A stretch of 64,000 nucleotides of DNA from Vicinamibacterales bacterium (GTDB taxonomy: Bacteria > Acidobacteriota > Vicinamibacteria > Vicinamibacterales > UBA2999). The translations under genes and the position numbers were made by a program. Positions 50,107 through 59,520 of this stretch are shown here, piece by piece. Below the pieces are notes generated by a model, which was not told the DNA's origin, made no database searches, and saw only the letters and a program-made list of their open reading frames with translations. Position 1 is the stretch's first letter. Every line of letters starts with the position of its first letter. The stretch covers positions 118,584-182,583 of the forward strand of contig JBFWXO010000006.1 of NCBI GenBank assembly GCA_050187355.1, in the 5' to 3' direction.

Positions 50107-51264
50107 CTACGAGGCCGTGCGCGCGCGCAGGTAGGCGGCCACGGCGGGCTGCTGGCCGTACTCGGCCCAGCCGAGGGGCGTCCCGTTCCACAACGCATCG
50201 CGGATGTCGAGCCTGGCGCCGCGGTCGACGAGCAACTCGACCACGGCCAGATGTCCGCCGAGGGCCGCCTGATGCAGCGGCGTGGCGTGCGCGTGGAACC
50301 CCTCGGGGTTGCGCCGGTCGGGACGCTCCCCCGCGTCCAGCAGCCGTCGAACGACCTCGACGTGTCCGAGCTGCGCCGCCAGGGCGAACGCGGCGTGGCG
50401 ATCGGCGGCCGTGGCACCGGGCAGGAGATCGTCCACGGCGGCCAGCCGGCCGAGCCCCGCGGCCGTCACCAGCCGGTCGACGCGGGCGCCACGACTGACG
50501 AGCGCGTCAGCGGCCTCGGCGAACCCGAAGACGAGCGCGGTCTGCACGGGTGAGCGCCACTGGCCCTCGCCGCCGCCCTCGACGTCCGCTCCGGCATCGA
50601 CGAGGGCGTGAACCAGCGGCACCTGGACGCCGGCGTCGGCCGGCGGCGTGCTCGAGACGAGCATGGGCAGCGTGGGACAGGTGCCGCCGTACATGCCGGC
50701 GAGCGCGTTCGGATCGACGCCCGCGCCGAACAGCCGCTGCGCCACGGCGACCGCGTTGGACGGCGACACCTGGCGATAGCCTTCGACGCCGTTGGCCGCC
50801 AGGTAGTGGAGGAGCGTGGCACCGTGGACGGGCGGGTCGTGCGGCGTCACGCGCGTGGACCGCGCGCGCACCAGATCCGGGTGGGCGTGAAGCAGGCGAT
50901 CGAGCGCGTCCAGGTCGCCTGACACGACGGCGTCGACCGCCAGCTCGAAGGCCCCGACCGGCGAGCCGTCCCGCCGGACGTCGGCGACGAGTGCCGACAG
51001 CGCGTCCCAGTCGCGGAAGGAGTAGCGGCGCGCAAGGGCGAGGCGCGCGTCGTCGAGGTCGAGCGCGGCGGCCGCGATCTCGTCGGGGGCGAGCCTGCGC
51101 GGCTTCCAGGAGACGACGGGATCCAGGAAGCGCGGATGGCGTTCGTGGAACAGCCGGATCGCCGGCAGTTCACCGCGGCGGTGTGCGTCGAGCAGCGCGC
51201 CGGCCTGCGCCTCGTACTCCGCGAGCGGCGCAAGCGGCGGCAGCGGTTCCCAGGCCCAGGGCAT
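50107..51264 (-). CDS. Ankyrin-repeat protein
   Basis: GATLLHY, TPLHQAALGGH and GTPLGWA motifs. Confidence 0.9.
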   Translation of the reverse strand: MPWAWEPLPPLAPLAEYEAQAGALLDAHRRGELPAIRLFHERHPRFLDPVVSWKPRRLAPDEIAAAALDLDDARLALARRYSFRDWDALSALVADVRRDGSPVGAFELAVDAVVSGDLDALDRLLHAHPDLVRARSTRVTPHDPPVHGATLLHYLAANGVEGYRQVSPSNAVAVAQRLFGAGVDPNALAGMYGGTCPTLPMLVSSTPPADAGVQVPLVHALVDAGADVEGGGEGQWRSPVQTALVFGFAEAADALVSRGARVDRLVTAAGLGRLAAVDDLLPGATAADRHAAFALAAQLGHVEVVRRLLDAGERPDRRNPEGFHAHATPLHQAALGGHLAVVELLVDRGARLDIRDALWNGTPLGWAEYGQQPAVAAYLRARTAS

Positions 51265-51353
51265 GGCGTCCGATCGCGAGCATACCCGACAGAACGGACC
51301 GGGCAATGCCGCCCGGCGGCGCGATCCGCCGCCACCGGGGCGCGGAGACACGA

Positions 51354-51384
51354 AGGGCCCGGCGGGGTGTTCCCACCGGGCCCT
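51354..51384 (-). terminator. Probable intrinsic terminator
   Basis: 13-bp stem AGGGCCCGGTGGG / CCCGCCGGGCCCT (one G-U) followed by TCGTGTCT on the minus strand, downstream of 51452. Confidence 0.6.
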
Positions 51385-51403
51385 CATCGTGACAGCGTGT
51401 CAG

Positions 51404-51438
51404 GCCCGGGTCCCTGTTCCCGGGTCCCCGATCCCTGC
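51404..51438. repeat. Heptameric short tandem repeat (TCCCNGN-like x5)
   Basis: GCCCGGG TCCCTGT TCCCGGG TCCCCGA TCCCTGC. Confidence 0.5.
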
Positions 51439-51451
51439 GGGCATCAGGGAG

Positions 51452-52774
51452 CTACCGTTCCCGCTCCTCGGTCGTCGCCGTGGCCTTGCGCTTGGCCTGC
51501 TCCGCCTTGAACTCCTCGTCGTTCATGTAGACGATGTTGATCCAGGCGTGCGCCATCTCGTCCACGGTGCGATCGCCCCAGCCCACCCACTGGTTCGGAT
51601 CCGGATTGGTCTTCTTGGCCGTCGTGTTGTCGTGCCACGACGTGACCTTGAGCAGCGTGCCCTTCGGCAGGAGCGGCGCCACGTCGTCCGCGTAGACGAA
51701 CGTGGTCATCCACTGGAAGTTGAAGTTGTCGACGTGGCTCAGCACCTGGCGCTGGCCGGTCGGCAGGATCGCCTCCACCATCATCGCCTTGCCGCGCAGG
51801 TGCATGTGGGGCTGGAAGCTCTCGATGCGCGCGTTCTCACGCAGCGGGTAAAAGCCCTCGGTCACGGTGACGGCGTTCGGACGGAGGTCCAGGTTGCCCA
51901 GCGCCGCCGGCACGAGCGACAGCCGGTTGCGGTACTTCGGCTCCTGGCCCTTCGGGTAGAGGTAGATGCCCATCTCGACGTTGCTGGTGATCTCCTCACC
52001 GGCCTGCGAGTAATGGATGTCCCAGCGGAACCGCGAGCCGGGCAGGAGGAGCTTGCCCGTGTCGGGACGCATCATCTCGCCCTGCTTGCCGACGGCCCAT
52101 TCCATGAACGGCGCCGGCAGACCCGGCATGGCGCCCGGCTCGTCCTGCTCGAGGTAGGCGATGGCGTGGTGGGTGATCTTGCGGCCCTTGATCGAGTTGG
52201 GCCGGATCTCGATGGCGCGGACCCAGCGCGGCTCGGTGATGCCCGACGGCGTCACGCGCTTGTCCCAGGCGTCCTGCGCGACGGCCGGCATCGTGTAGGA
52301 GTCGGACTTGATGATGATGTCCGGCTCGTCCTGCCCGAAGACCTTCGCGAAGTTCCAGCCCTGGTCGCTCGGCCACTCGACGGGCGGCGGCATGTCCTTC
52401 GGGTTGCCCTGCGGCGCGCCGGCGTCCACCCATTTCACGATCGTGTCGAGGTCCTCGGGCGACAGCGAGTCGTCGTTCTTGAACTTCGTCACGCCCACCG
52501 TCCGGTCGATCTGGAACGGCGGCATGGAGTGCTCCGTCACCCGCGCCTTGATCGACCGCGCCCACGGCCGCGCCTGCTGCCAGGTCTGCAGCGACATCGG
52601 CGCGATCGAGTCCGGCCGGTGGCAGGCCTCGCACTTCTTCTGGAAGATGGGCGCGACGTCCTTGGTGAACGTGGGCCCCTGCGCCGCCGCCGCGCCTGGA
52701 ACGCCGATCACCGCGGCGACCACGAGCGCCCCTGTCGTGCCCCCCACCCAGCCGAGCGATTGACGGTTCATCAT
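51452..52774 (-). CDS. Secreted cytochrome c plus copper type II (PHM/DBH-like) monooxygenase fusion
   Basis: Signal peptide; CEACH...MPP; HH, DIHY, QPHMHLRGK, FNFQW and DEM motifs. Confidence 0.8.
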   Translation of the reverse strand: MMNRQSLGWVGGTTGALVVAAVIGVPGAAAAQGPTFTKDVAPIFQKKCEACHRPDSIAPMSLQTWQQARPWARSIKARVTEHSMPPFQIDRTVGVTKFKNDDSLSPEDLDTIVKWVDAGAPQGNPKDMPPPVEWPSDQGWNFAKVFGQDEPDIIIKSDSYTMPAVAQDAWDKRVTPSGITEPRWVRAIEIRPNSIKGRKITHHAIAYLEQDEPGAMPGLPAPFMEWAVGKQGEMMRPDTGKLLLPGSRFRWDIHYSQAGEEITSNVEMGIYLYPKGQEPKYRNRLSLVPAALGNLDLRPNAVTVTEGFYPLRENARIESFQPHMHLRGKAMMVEAILPTGQRQVLSHVDNFNFQWMTTFVYADDVAPLLPKGTLLKVTSWHDNTTAKKTNPDPNQWVGWGDRTVDEMAHAWINIVYMNDEEFKAEQAKRKATATTEERER

Positions 52775-52787
52775 CAGGCTCCTGTCG

Positions 52788-53657
52788 TCACTTCACGGTG
52801 ACTTTCACGTAGGCGTTGGTCCAGCAGCACTGGAAGCCGGCGCCGCCCTCCCCCGAGTCGTCGTTCGCCTGCACGCGCACGAGGTATTCGCCGGGACGGT
52901 CGAACGTGGCCTGCGCGGTCACGGTCTCGCCCTGGGTCTTCACTTCGATCCGGTCCGGTTCGAACTTCACCGCGCCGGGGCCGCGGAACTTGTGGAACGA
53001 GAGGTTGGCGACCAGGCCGGCCGTCCGGCGGGCCGTCAGATCCGACCCCTTCTTCACTTCTTTCGGATCCGTCACGGAAAACGCGATGGCCACCGGCTGG
53101 CCGACGGTCCCGCTATAGCTGGCTGCCACGGTGGTGGGCGGTCCGAACACCTTGGTGCCGGTCGCCGTGAAGGTGAGCTCGGGGGGCTTGTTGCCCATGC
53201 CCGACTCCTGGAAGGGCTCGATCGTGTAGCCCTTCGCCACGCCGAGCGGGATCGACTGCGTCTCGCCGTTGGCCGTGATCGTCCACGTGAGGGTCTTCGA
53301 CCCGATGTCCTTCGGCACGCGGATGACGAAGACGCCCCACTCGCGGCCGACCTCGAAATGCGTGGGCTGTCCCTGATCGGCGGGGCCGGGTTCGATCTTG
53401 TTGTTGGGCCCGATCGGAATGTCGAGCGCCTGCTCGCGGTTGCGGTTGAAATAGCCGACGAGCAGGCTGAAGCTGCCGTCGGGATTCTCGTACCAGCCTT
53501 CGAACGCGGGCGTCACGCTGGAGCCGCGCGCGCGGGCGGGGTCGAGGGGCATCGGCTGCGGCGTCTGGGGCGCCTGGGCGACCAGGCTGACTCCGGCCAC
53601 GACGGCCAGGAGCGCCGGGAACGCCACGGCGCCGTGGACCGGGCTGAACCTGCGCAT
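52788..53657 (-). CDS. Secreted hypothetical protein with C-terminal vicinal Cys (QCCW)
   Basis: Signal peptide; PAFEGWYENPDGSF..GYFNRN; Ig-like C-terminus; 13-bp gap to the monooxygenase gene. Confidence 0.8.
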   Translation of the reverse strand: MRRFSPVHGAVAFPALLAVVAGVSLVAQAPQTPQPMPLDPARARGSSVTPAFEGWYENPDGSFSLLVGYFNRNREQALDIPIGPNNKIEPGPADQGQPTHFEVGREWGVFVIRVPKDIGSKTLTWTITANGETQSIPLGVAKGYTIEPFQESGMGNKPPELTFTATGTKVFGPPTTVAASYSGTVGQPVAIAFSVTDPKEVKKGSDLTARRTAGLVANLSFHKFRGPGAVKFEPDRIEVKTQGETVTAQATFDRPGEYLVRVQANDDSGEGGAGFQCCWTNAYVKVTVK

Positions 53658-53800
53658 GAGCCGTTGATCTTAACCGCGAGCCTGCGGTTCTGCCACCCCC
53701 GGGAGCCCGTCGCCTGAGTGCCGAAACCCATGCAACCGACTGCGAAATAGCATGACCTCAGCTGATGGATGTTCGGGGCTGACCCTGCCGCGCAGGGGGA

Positions 53801-54466
53801 CTACCGCCGCGAGCGCGGGCCCCGGCTGGGGCCGCGGGACGGGCTGGCGGTCCGGCCCGTCGAGGCGGGCCGCCTCGGCCGGCGTGGCGCCGCAGGCGGC
53901 GTGACGTAGTCCACCCCGGGCGCCGGGCCGGCGCCGCCGGCGACCCGATAGGCCAGGGCGACGATGCCGCTGCCGGGCAGGACGCGGTGGTCGCTCAGGA
54001 TCAGCCGGGTCTCGACGCCCGGAGGGAGGAGGGGAATCCCGGCGCCGAGCAGCACGGGCATCACGGCCACCTCCACCGTGTCCACGAGGCCCGCGGCGAG
54101 CAGCGTCCGGCACAGCTCGCCGCCTCCGAACAGCCAGAGGTCCTTCCCGGCCTCGCCCTTCAGACGGCGCACCGTGTCCACCGGGTCGTCGTTGGTGACC
54201 TGCAGGCCGGGCGCGGTCCGCGGCGGCAGCGTGCGCGAGAACACGATCGAGTGCACGCCGGGCGTCACGCCGCCGCCCTCCTGCGCGGCGGCCACCTCGT
54301 AGGTCCGGCGGCCCATGACGAGGGTGTCGAACTGCCGGAAGATCGCGCCGAAGTCGATGGCCTCGTCGTGCACGATCCAGTCGAAGGAGCCGTCCGCACG
54401 GGCGATGAAGCCGTCGAGACTGACGGCGACGTGGTAGCGCAGGCGGCGGGCAGGGGAGGTCGCCAT
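53801..54466 (-). CDS. Dihydrofolate reductase family (RibD C-terminal-like) protein
   Basis: AVSLDGFIA, VMGRRTYE, LFGGGEL and PVLLGAGIPL motifs. Confidence 0.92.
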   Translation of the reverse strand: MATSPARRLRYHVAVSLDGFIARADGSFDWIVHDEAIDFGAIFRQFDTLVMGRRTYEVAAAQEGGGVTPGVHSIVFSRTLPPRTAPGLQVTNDDPVDTVRRLKGEAGKDLWLFGGGELCRTLLAAGLVDTVEVAVMPVLLGAGIPLLPPGVETRLILSDHRVLPGSGIVALAYRVAGGAGPAPGVDYVTPPAAPRRPRRPASTGRTASPSRGPSRGPRSRR

Positions 54467-54615
54467 GGCTCGAGGCTCCGCGGTGAGAGACGGCGGCCAC
54501 GATACCATTCGGCGCGCGGCGCGGGGGGCGGCGCGGAAATGCGCCGGACGCGGCCGTCTCTTGCAGAGGGCGCGCGCGGCGCGTGGGCGCCGGGCCCCGG
54601 GCGCGAGGAGCAGTC

Positions 54616-56958
54616 ATGGCCAAGGCAGCGACAGCACGGCGGTCTCCGGCGGCACGACGCAGGGTCGCGGCAAAGGCCGCCGCGGGGGACGCCTCCCGGC
54701 CGCTGGTCCTCTACATCCACGGCGTCGGCCGCCACAAGCCGGTGGACGAGCTGAAGGCCGAGTGGGACCTCGCCCTCTTCGGCAGCGACCGGGGCGACGC
54801 CACCCGCATGGCGTACTGGTCGGACATCGTGCATCCGCCCGCCGCGGCCAAGAAGGGATCGAAGAAGGTCACGCGCGCGGCCGACGAGCCGACCGGCGAC
54901 GTCGCGGAGCAGGCCCTGAACGACGCCGGCGTCTCGTCGAAGGCGGCCGGCGCCTACGCCGAGGCGATCGCCGCGATGCTGGGGGCCCCGCCGGACACCA
55001 CGCGCCGCCCGGGCAAGAAGGTGCTGCCGCTGCCGCGGTTCCTGCGAAAGCCCGTCTCGGCGGCGTTCCTCAAGGCCTTCATCGGCGACACGGCGGCCTA
55101 CTTCTTCGACACCGGGAAGCGGCGGCGGATCCGCGAGCGGTTCCAGGACGTCCTCCCCGACGACGGGCGGCCGCTCACGGTCGTGGCGCACAGCCAGGGA
55201 TCGATCGTCGCGCTGGAGGTGCTCGCCGCCCTGGGCGCGGCAGTGAACGTCGTGAAGTTCGTCACGATCGGGTCGCCGCTGGGCCTGCAGGAGGTGCAGG
55301 ACTTCCTCGACGTCCGGCCCGGACGCAAGCCCTTCGACATCCCGGGCGGCGTCGAGCAGTGGCACAACTTCGCCGATCCGCTGGATCCGGTGGCCCTCGA
55401 CAAGGGGCTGCGCGGCGAGTTCGGCCGGCCCCGGGACGCGAACCCGCCGCGGCCGCTCATCGTCGACGACCTCGTCGTCAACGACGGCTCGCGGAAGCTG
55501 ATCGGCTTCAACCCGCACTCCGCGATCGGCTATCTGGCGCATCCCAAGGTGCGGCGCAGCGTCCACGAGGGCGCGCAGTTCGATTCCATGGCGCGGTTCG
55601 TCGTCGCGCGCGACGTGGCGGAGGGCCTGGCGGTGGAGGGCCGGCAGCCCGTGATCATCGAACTCCTCGAGCCCGGCTACTGGGCGCTCGGCGAGAAGGG
55701 GCCGGAGCTGGAGGCGCGGGAGGACCGCGAGCGGCAGGCCCACGGCGAGATCACGCTGGCCGACCGCGTCGAGCGCGCCGCGGCCCAGATCGGCGACGTC
55801 GTGCGACGGATGGCCCGCGCCGACGGCCGCGATCCGGACCAGGCCGAGACCGACGCCCGGATCGACCCCCTGCGGCGCTTCGTCGCGGCCCGGCTGACCC
55901 CGGACGAGGTCCGGCAGGTCGCCGTCGAGCACAAGTCCTTCAACGTCTACGCGGTGTGGAAGAGCTCGTCGAAGAAGAAGCTCATCGCGCGTTCGCAGGC
56001 CGTCCTCCAGGTGGACGCCGCCCGCGGCAGCTACGGCGCCCGCGGCGGCGGCATCGTGTGGGCGGTGCTGGACACGGGGGTCCGCTCGGATCACGCGCAC
56101 TTCAAGAACGGCACGATTCAGGCCGTCTGGGACTGCACCGCGCGCGGCGCGCCCAAGCGGCTGAAGGCCGACACGGACAGGGACGGTCACGGGTCGCACG
56201 TGTCGGGCATCATCGCCGGCGAAAGCCGGCACGACGGCACCGTGTTCGCGGGCATGGCGCCCGACGCCCGCCTCGTCGTCTACAAGGTGCTCGACGACAA
56301 CGGCCAGGGCGAGGACGCGTGGATCATCAAGGCGCTCGACCACATCGCGCGGCAGAACGAGAACGCCGCGGGCCAGGTGATCCACGGGATCAACCTCAGC
56401 CTGGGCGGACCGTACGACTCCACGGTGTACGGGTGCGGGTTCACGCCGATCTGCCAGGAACTGCGCCGGCAATGGCGGGCGGGCGTGGTCGTGGTGGTGG
56501 CGTGCGGCAACGAAGGGCAGCTCGACGTGCAGACCAGCGACGGGGAGGTGGAGATCAACACCTCGATGTCGATTGGGGATCCCGCCAACCTCGAGGACTG
56601 CATCGCCGTGGGGTCGGTGAACGCCGACAAGCCGCACCTGTACGGGGTGTCGCCCTTCTCGTCGCGCGGCCCGACCTCCGACGGGCGGCTCAAGCCGGAC
56701 GTCGTGGCGCCGGGCGAGCGGATCATGTCGGTGAACTCGCGCAGCAAGACCGATTACCGCGTCGAGAGCGGCACGAGCATGGCGGCGCCGCACGTGTCGG
56801 GGATGCTGGCGGCGTTCCTCTCGGCGCGCCGGGAGTTCCGCGGGCGTCCCGACGACGTGAAGCGCATCCTCATGGACGCCTGCACGGACATCGGACGCGA
56901 CCGCTACCACCAGGGCCGCGGCATCCCGAACCTGATGCGGATGCTCCTCAGCGTCTGA
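54616..56958 (+). CDS. Cytoplasmic alpha/beta-hydrolase plus S8 (subtilisin) serine peptidase fusion
   Basis: N-terminal IHGVG, AHSQGS, TIGSPLG, DPLDPVA and NPHS; C-terminal LDTG, HGSH, ACGN and GTSMAAP; SD GAGGAG; no signal peptide. Confidence 0.9.
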   Translation: MAKAATARRSPAARRRVAAKAAAGDASRPLVLYIHGVGRHKPVDELKAEWDLALFGSDRGDATRMAYWSDIVHPPAAAKKGSKKVTRAADEPTGDVAEQALNDAGVSSKAAGAYAEAIAAMLGAPPDTTRRPGKKVLPLPRFLRKPVSAAFLKAFIGDTAAYFFDTGKRRRIRERFQDVLPDDGRPLTVVAHSQGSIVALEVLAALGAAVNVVKFVTIGSPLGLQEVQDFLDVRPGRKPFDIPGGVEQWHNFADPLDPVALDKGLRGEFGRPRDANPPRPLIVDDLVVNDGSRKLIGFNPHSAIGYLAHPKVRRSVHEGAQFDSMARFVVARDVAEGLAVEGRQPVIIELLEPGYWALGEKGPELEAREDRERQAHGEITLADRVERAAAQIGDVVRRMARADGRDPDQAETDARIDPLRRFVAARLTPDEVRQVAVEHKSFNVYAVWKSSSKKKLIARSQAVLQVDAARGSYGARGGGIVWAVLDTGVRSDHAHFKNGTIQAVWDCTARGAPKRLKADTDRDGHGSHVSGIIAGESRHDGTVFAGMAPDARLVVYKVLDDNGQGEDAWIIKALDHIARQNENAAGQVIHGINLSLGGPYDSTVYGCGFTPICQELRRQWRAGVVVVVACGNEGQLDVQTSDGEVEINTSMSIGDPANLEDCIAVGSVNADKPHLYGVSPFSSRGPTSDGRLKPDVVAPGERIMSVNSRSKTDYRVESGTSMAAPHVSGMLAAFLSARREFRGRPDDVKRILMDACTDIGRDRYHQGRGIPNLMRMLLSV

Positions 56959-56998
56959 GGACCGGCAGCCACCCGCCGCTTTGCGGTAGGGTGTGCCG

Positions 56999-58816
56999 AT
57001 GAACACCCGACGACAGTTCCTGCTCACGGCGCCGATGGGCGTCCTGGCCGCCACCGCCGCGTGCGGCCCGGGGTCCGCGCCGCCGGCCGGGGAGGCGCCC
57101 GCGGCGTCCGTCCCGTCCACGCCGGGGGCGCCGCCCGCATTCGGCACCGGTCCGGCCTCGGGACCGCCGCTCTCGGCGGCCACCTTCGCCGAGGCCGAGA
57201 AGGTCGCGCGGGTCACGATGACGCCGCCGCATCGCGAGGTGGCGGCGTCCAGCTTCGCCCGCACCTTCGGTCCCCTCTTCGAGCGGCGCGAGGGCCCGCG
57301 GCGCGTCGACCTGCCCGACACCGTCGCGCCGGCCAGCCGCTGGCAGCCGTCGTCGATCGATGCCACGCCCGGCCCCGCGCGCGATCGCTTCGTGCGAAGC
57401 GCCGGTCCGGCCGTGCCCCTCCCGGCCAGCGACGCCGACATCGCCCACGCGCCGGTCACGCAGCTGTCCCGGTGGATCGAGCAGCGGCAGCTCACCTCGG
57501 ACCGTCTCACGCGCATCTACCTCGCCCGTATCGATGCGCTCGATGCCAGGATCCGGGCCGTCATCACGAAGACCGCGGACCTGGCGCTCACCCAGGCCGC
57601 GCGCGCCGACGCCGAGATCGCCGCCGGCCGCTATCGCGGTCCCCTGCACGGCATCCCGTACGGCGTGAAGGACCTGCTCGACACGGCCGGCATCCCGACG
57701 ACCTACGGCGCCGAGCCGTATCGCAACCGCGTGCCGGCGGCCGATTCGGCAGTCGTCCGCCGCCTGACCGAGGCGGGAGCGGTGCTCGTCGCGAAGCTCA
57801 GCCTCGGGGCGCTGGCGCTGAACGACATCTGGTTCGGCGGCATGACGATGAACCCGTGGCTGCTCGAGGAAGGCGCGTCGGGCTCCAGCGCCGGCCCGGG
57901 CGCCGCGACCGCGGCCGCCCTCGTGGCCTTCTCGATCGGGAGCGAGACCGGGGGCAGCATCATCGCGCCGGCCATGCGCTGCGGCGTCACGGGCCTGCGG
58001 CCCACCTTCGGCCGCGTGCCGAGAACCGGCGCCATGACGCTCTGCTGGTCGCTCGACAAGCTCGGGCCCATGACCCGCAGCGTCGAGGACGCGCTGCTCG
58101 TCCTGCAGGCCATCTCCGGACCCGATGGCGGCGACGCCTCGAGCGTGCCCTGCGCGCTCGACTTCGATGCCACGGCCCCGGTGACCGGGCTGCGCGTGGG
58201 CTACATCCCGTCGTGGATGACCGCGAGCCCGGCCACCGACGTCGATCGCGCGGTCCTGGCGCAGTTGTCGACGCTCGGCCTCACGGCGACGGAAGTCGCG
58301 CTGCCGGACTGGCCGTTCGACTCCCTGCAGACGATCATGTTCGCCGAGGCGGCGGCCTCGTTCGAGGAGCTGACCCTCTCGAACGGCATCGATGCGATGA
58401 AGGTGCAGGTGCCCGACGCCTGGCCCAACCTGTTCCGGATCTCCCGGTTCCTCTCGGCCGTGGACTTCGTGCAGGCGGACCGCCTGCGGCGGCGGGTGGC
58501 CGACGAGATGCGGCGGATCTTCACGGAGGTGGATCTGCTCCTCGTGCCATCGCTGAGGGGCGAGATGCTGACCATCGGCAACCACACCGGCCATCCGTCG
58601 CTGACGCTGCGGGCCGGGTTCGTGCAGGTCGCGGAGGCGCGCAGCGACTGGGCGCCCGATCCCGACCATCCCCTGCCGACGTTCGATCCGCCGCGCCGGG
58701 TGCCGCACGGGGTCACGCTCCTCGGCCGGCTGTTCGACGAGGGCACGATCGGCCGGGTCGGTCTCGCGCTGGAGCGCGCGCTCAAGGTCGCCGACGAACG
58801 CCCCGCGGGTTTCTGA
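56999..58816 (+). CDS. Amidase-signature enzyme, Tat lipoprotein (paralog of 5735-7522)
   Basis: TRRQFL...AAC signal; GPLHGIPYGVKD, GSSAG and GSETGGSI motifs. Confidence 0.92.
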   Translation: MNTRRQFLLTAPMGVLAATAACGPGSAPPAGEAPAASVPSTPGAPPAFGTGPASGPPLSAATFAEAEKVARVTMTPPHREVAASSFARTFGPLFERREGPRRVDLPDTVAPASRWQPSSIDATPGPARDRFVRSAGPAVPLPASDADIAHAPVTQLSRWIEQRQLTSDRLTRIYLARIDALDARIRAVITKTADLALTQAARADAEIAAGRYRGPLHGIPYGVKDLLDTAGIPTTYGAEPYRNRVPAADSAVVRRLTEAGAVLVAKLSLGALALNDIWFGGMTMNPWLLEEGASGSSAGPGAATAAALVAFSIGSETGGSIIAPAMRCGVTGLRPTFGRVPRTGAMTLCWSLDKLGPMTRSVEDALLVLQAISGPDGGDASSVPCALDFDATAPVTGLRVGYIPSWMTASPATDVDRAVLAQLSTLGLTATEVALPDWPFDSLQTIMFAEAAASFEELTLSNGIDAMKVQVPDAWPNLFRISRFLSAVDFVQADRLRRRVADEMRRIFTEVDLLLVPSLRGEMLTIGNHTGHPSLTLRAGFVQVAEARSDWAPDPDHPLPTFDPPRRVPHGVTLLGRLFDEGTIGRVGLALERALKVADERPAGF

Positions 58817-58869
58817 CGAGGCACGTCGATCGCCCGCGGGCGCGGCCGCGGGCCACATGGGAGGCTGAC

Positions 58870-59520
58870 ATGCCGCAGCTGCTGTGGGGTGGAGTCGCCG
58901 GCCCGATCCTGTTCGCGACGGTCGCCACCCTCTGCGCCTGGCTCCGGCCGGGCTACTCGCAGATCCACCAGTTCATCAGCGAACTCGGGGCGACGGGCAC
59001 CGCGAACGCCTGGCTCATGAACGGGGCCGGCTTCGTGCCTGGCGGCCTGCTGATCGCGGGCTTCGGGCTGGCGCTCCGCGACGCCCTGCCGCGGCGGCGC
59101 CTGTTCGCGGCCGGATCGCTGCTCGTGGTCGTCTTCGGTGCCGGCATCGGCGCGTCCGGCCTGATCCCGTGCGACGTCGGCTGTCCGCAGGGCACGGGAT
59201 CCGCGATGAACCGCGTGCACGACCGGCTCGGCCCCCTGCTGTTCCTGGCGGGGGCGCTCGGGGCGATCGTGCTGGGTCTCGGCTTCCGCGGCGTCCGCAC
59301 CCTGAGGGCCCTCTGGGGCTACTCGGTCGCCTCGGGCCTGATCGCGCTCGTCCTGCTGGCCCTCCTGGCCAGCACCCTCGAGACCCGCGTCCGCACGGGT
59401 CTCTGGCAGCGCCTGCTCGTGGCCACGCTGTTCGCGTGGTGCGCCGTCGTGGCTATCCGCGTGGCCCGCCGCGGGGCGGCCTCGCCGGACGCGGCCGGCC
59501 CGCGTCAGGGCACCACCTGA
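58870..59520 (+). CDS. DUF998-like membrane protein
   Basis: PGYS..HQFISELG, PCDVGCP and GLWQR motifs; SD GGAGG. Confidence 0.85.
   Translation: MPQLLWGGVAGPILFATVATLCAWLRPGYSQIHQFISELGATGTANAWLMNGAGFVPGGLLIAGFGLALRDALPRRRLFAAGSLLVVVFGAGIGASGLIPCDVGCPQGTGSAMNRVHDRLGPLLFLAGALGAIVLGLGFRGVRTLRALWGYSVASGLIALVLLALLASTLETRVRTGLWQRLLVATLFAWCAVVAIRVARRGAASPDAAGPRQGTT

Noticed and set aside
53670-53800. Riboswitch or ncRNA upstream of the monooxygenase operon
   Set aside because: A -10 box lies 9 nt before the ATG, leaving no leader; only a small hairpin after the DHFR-family stop
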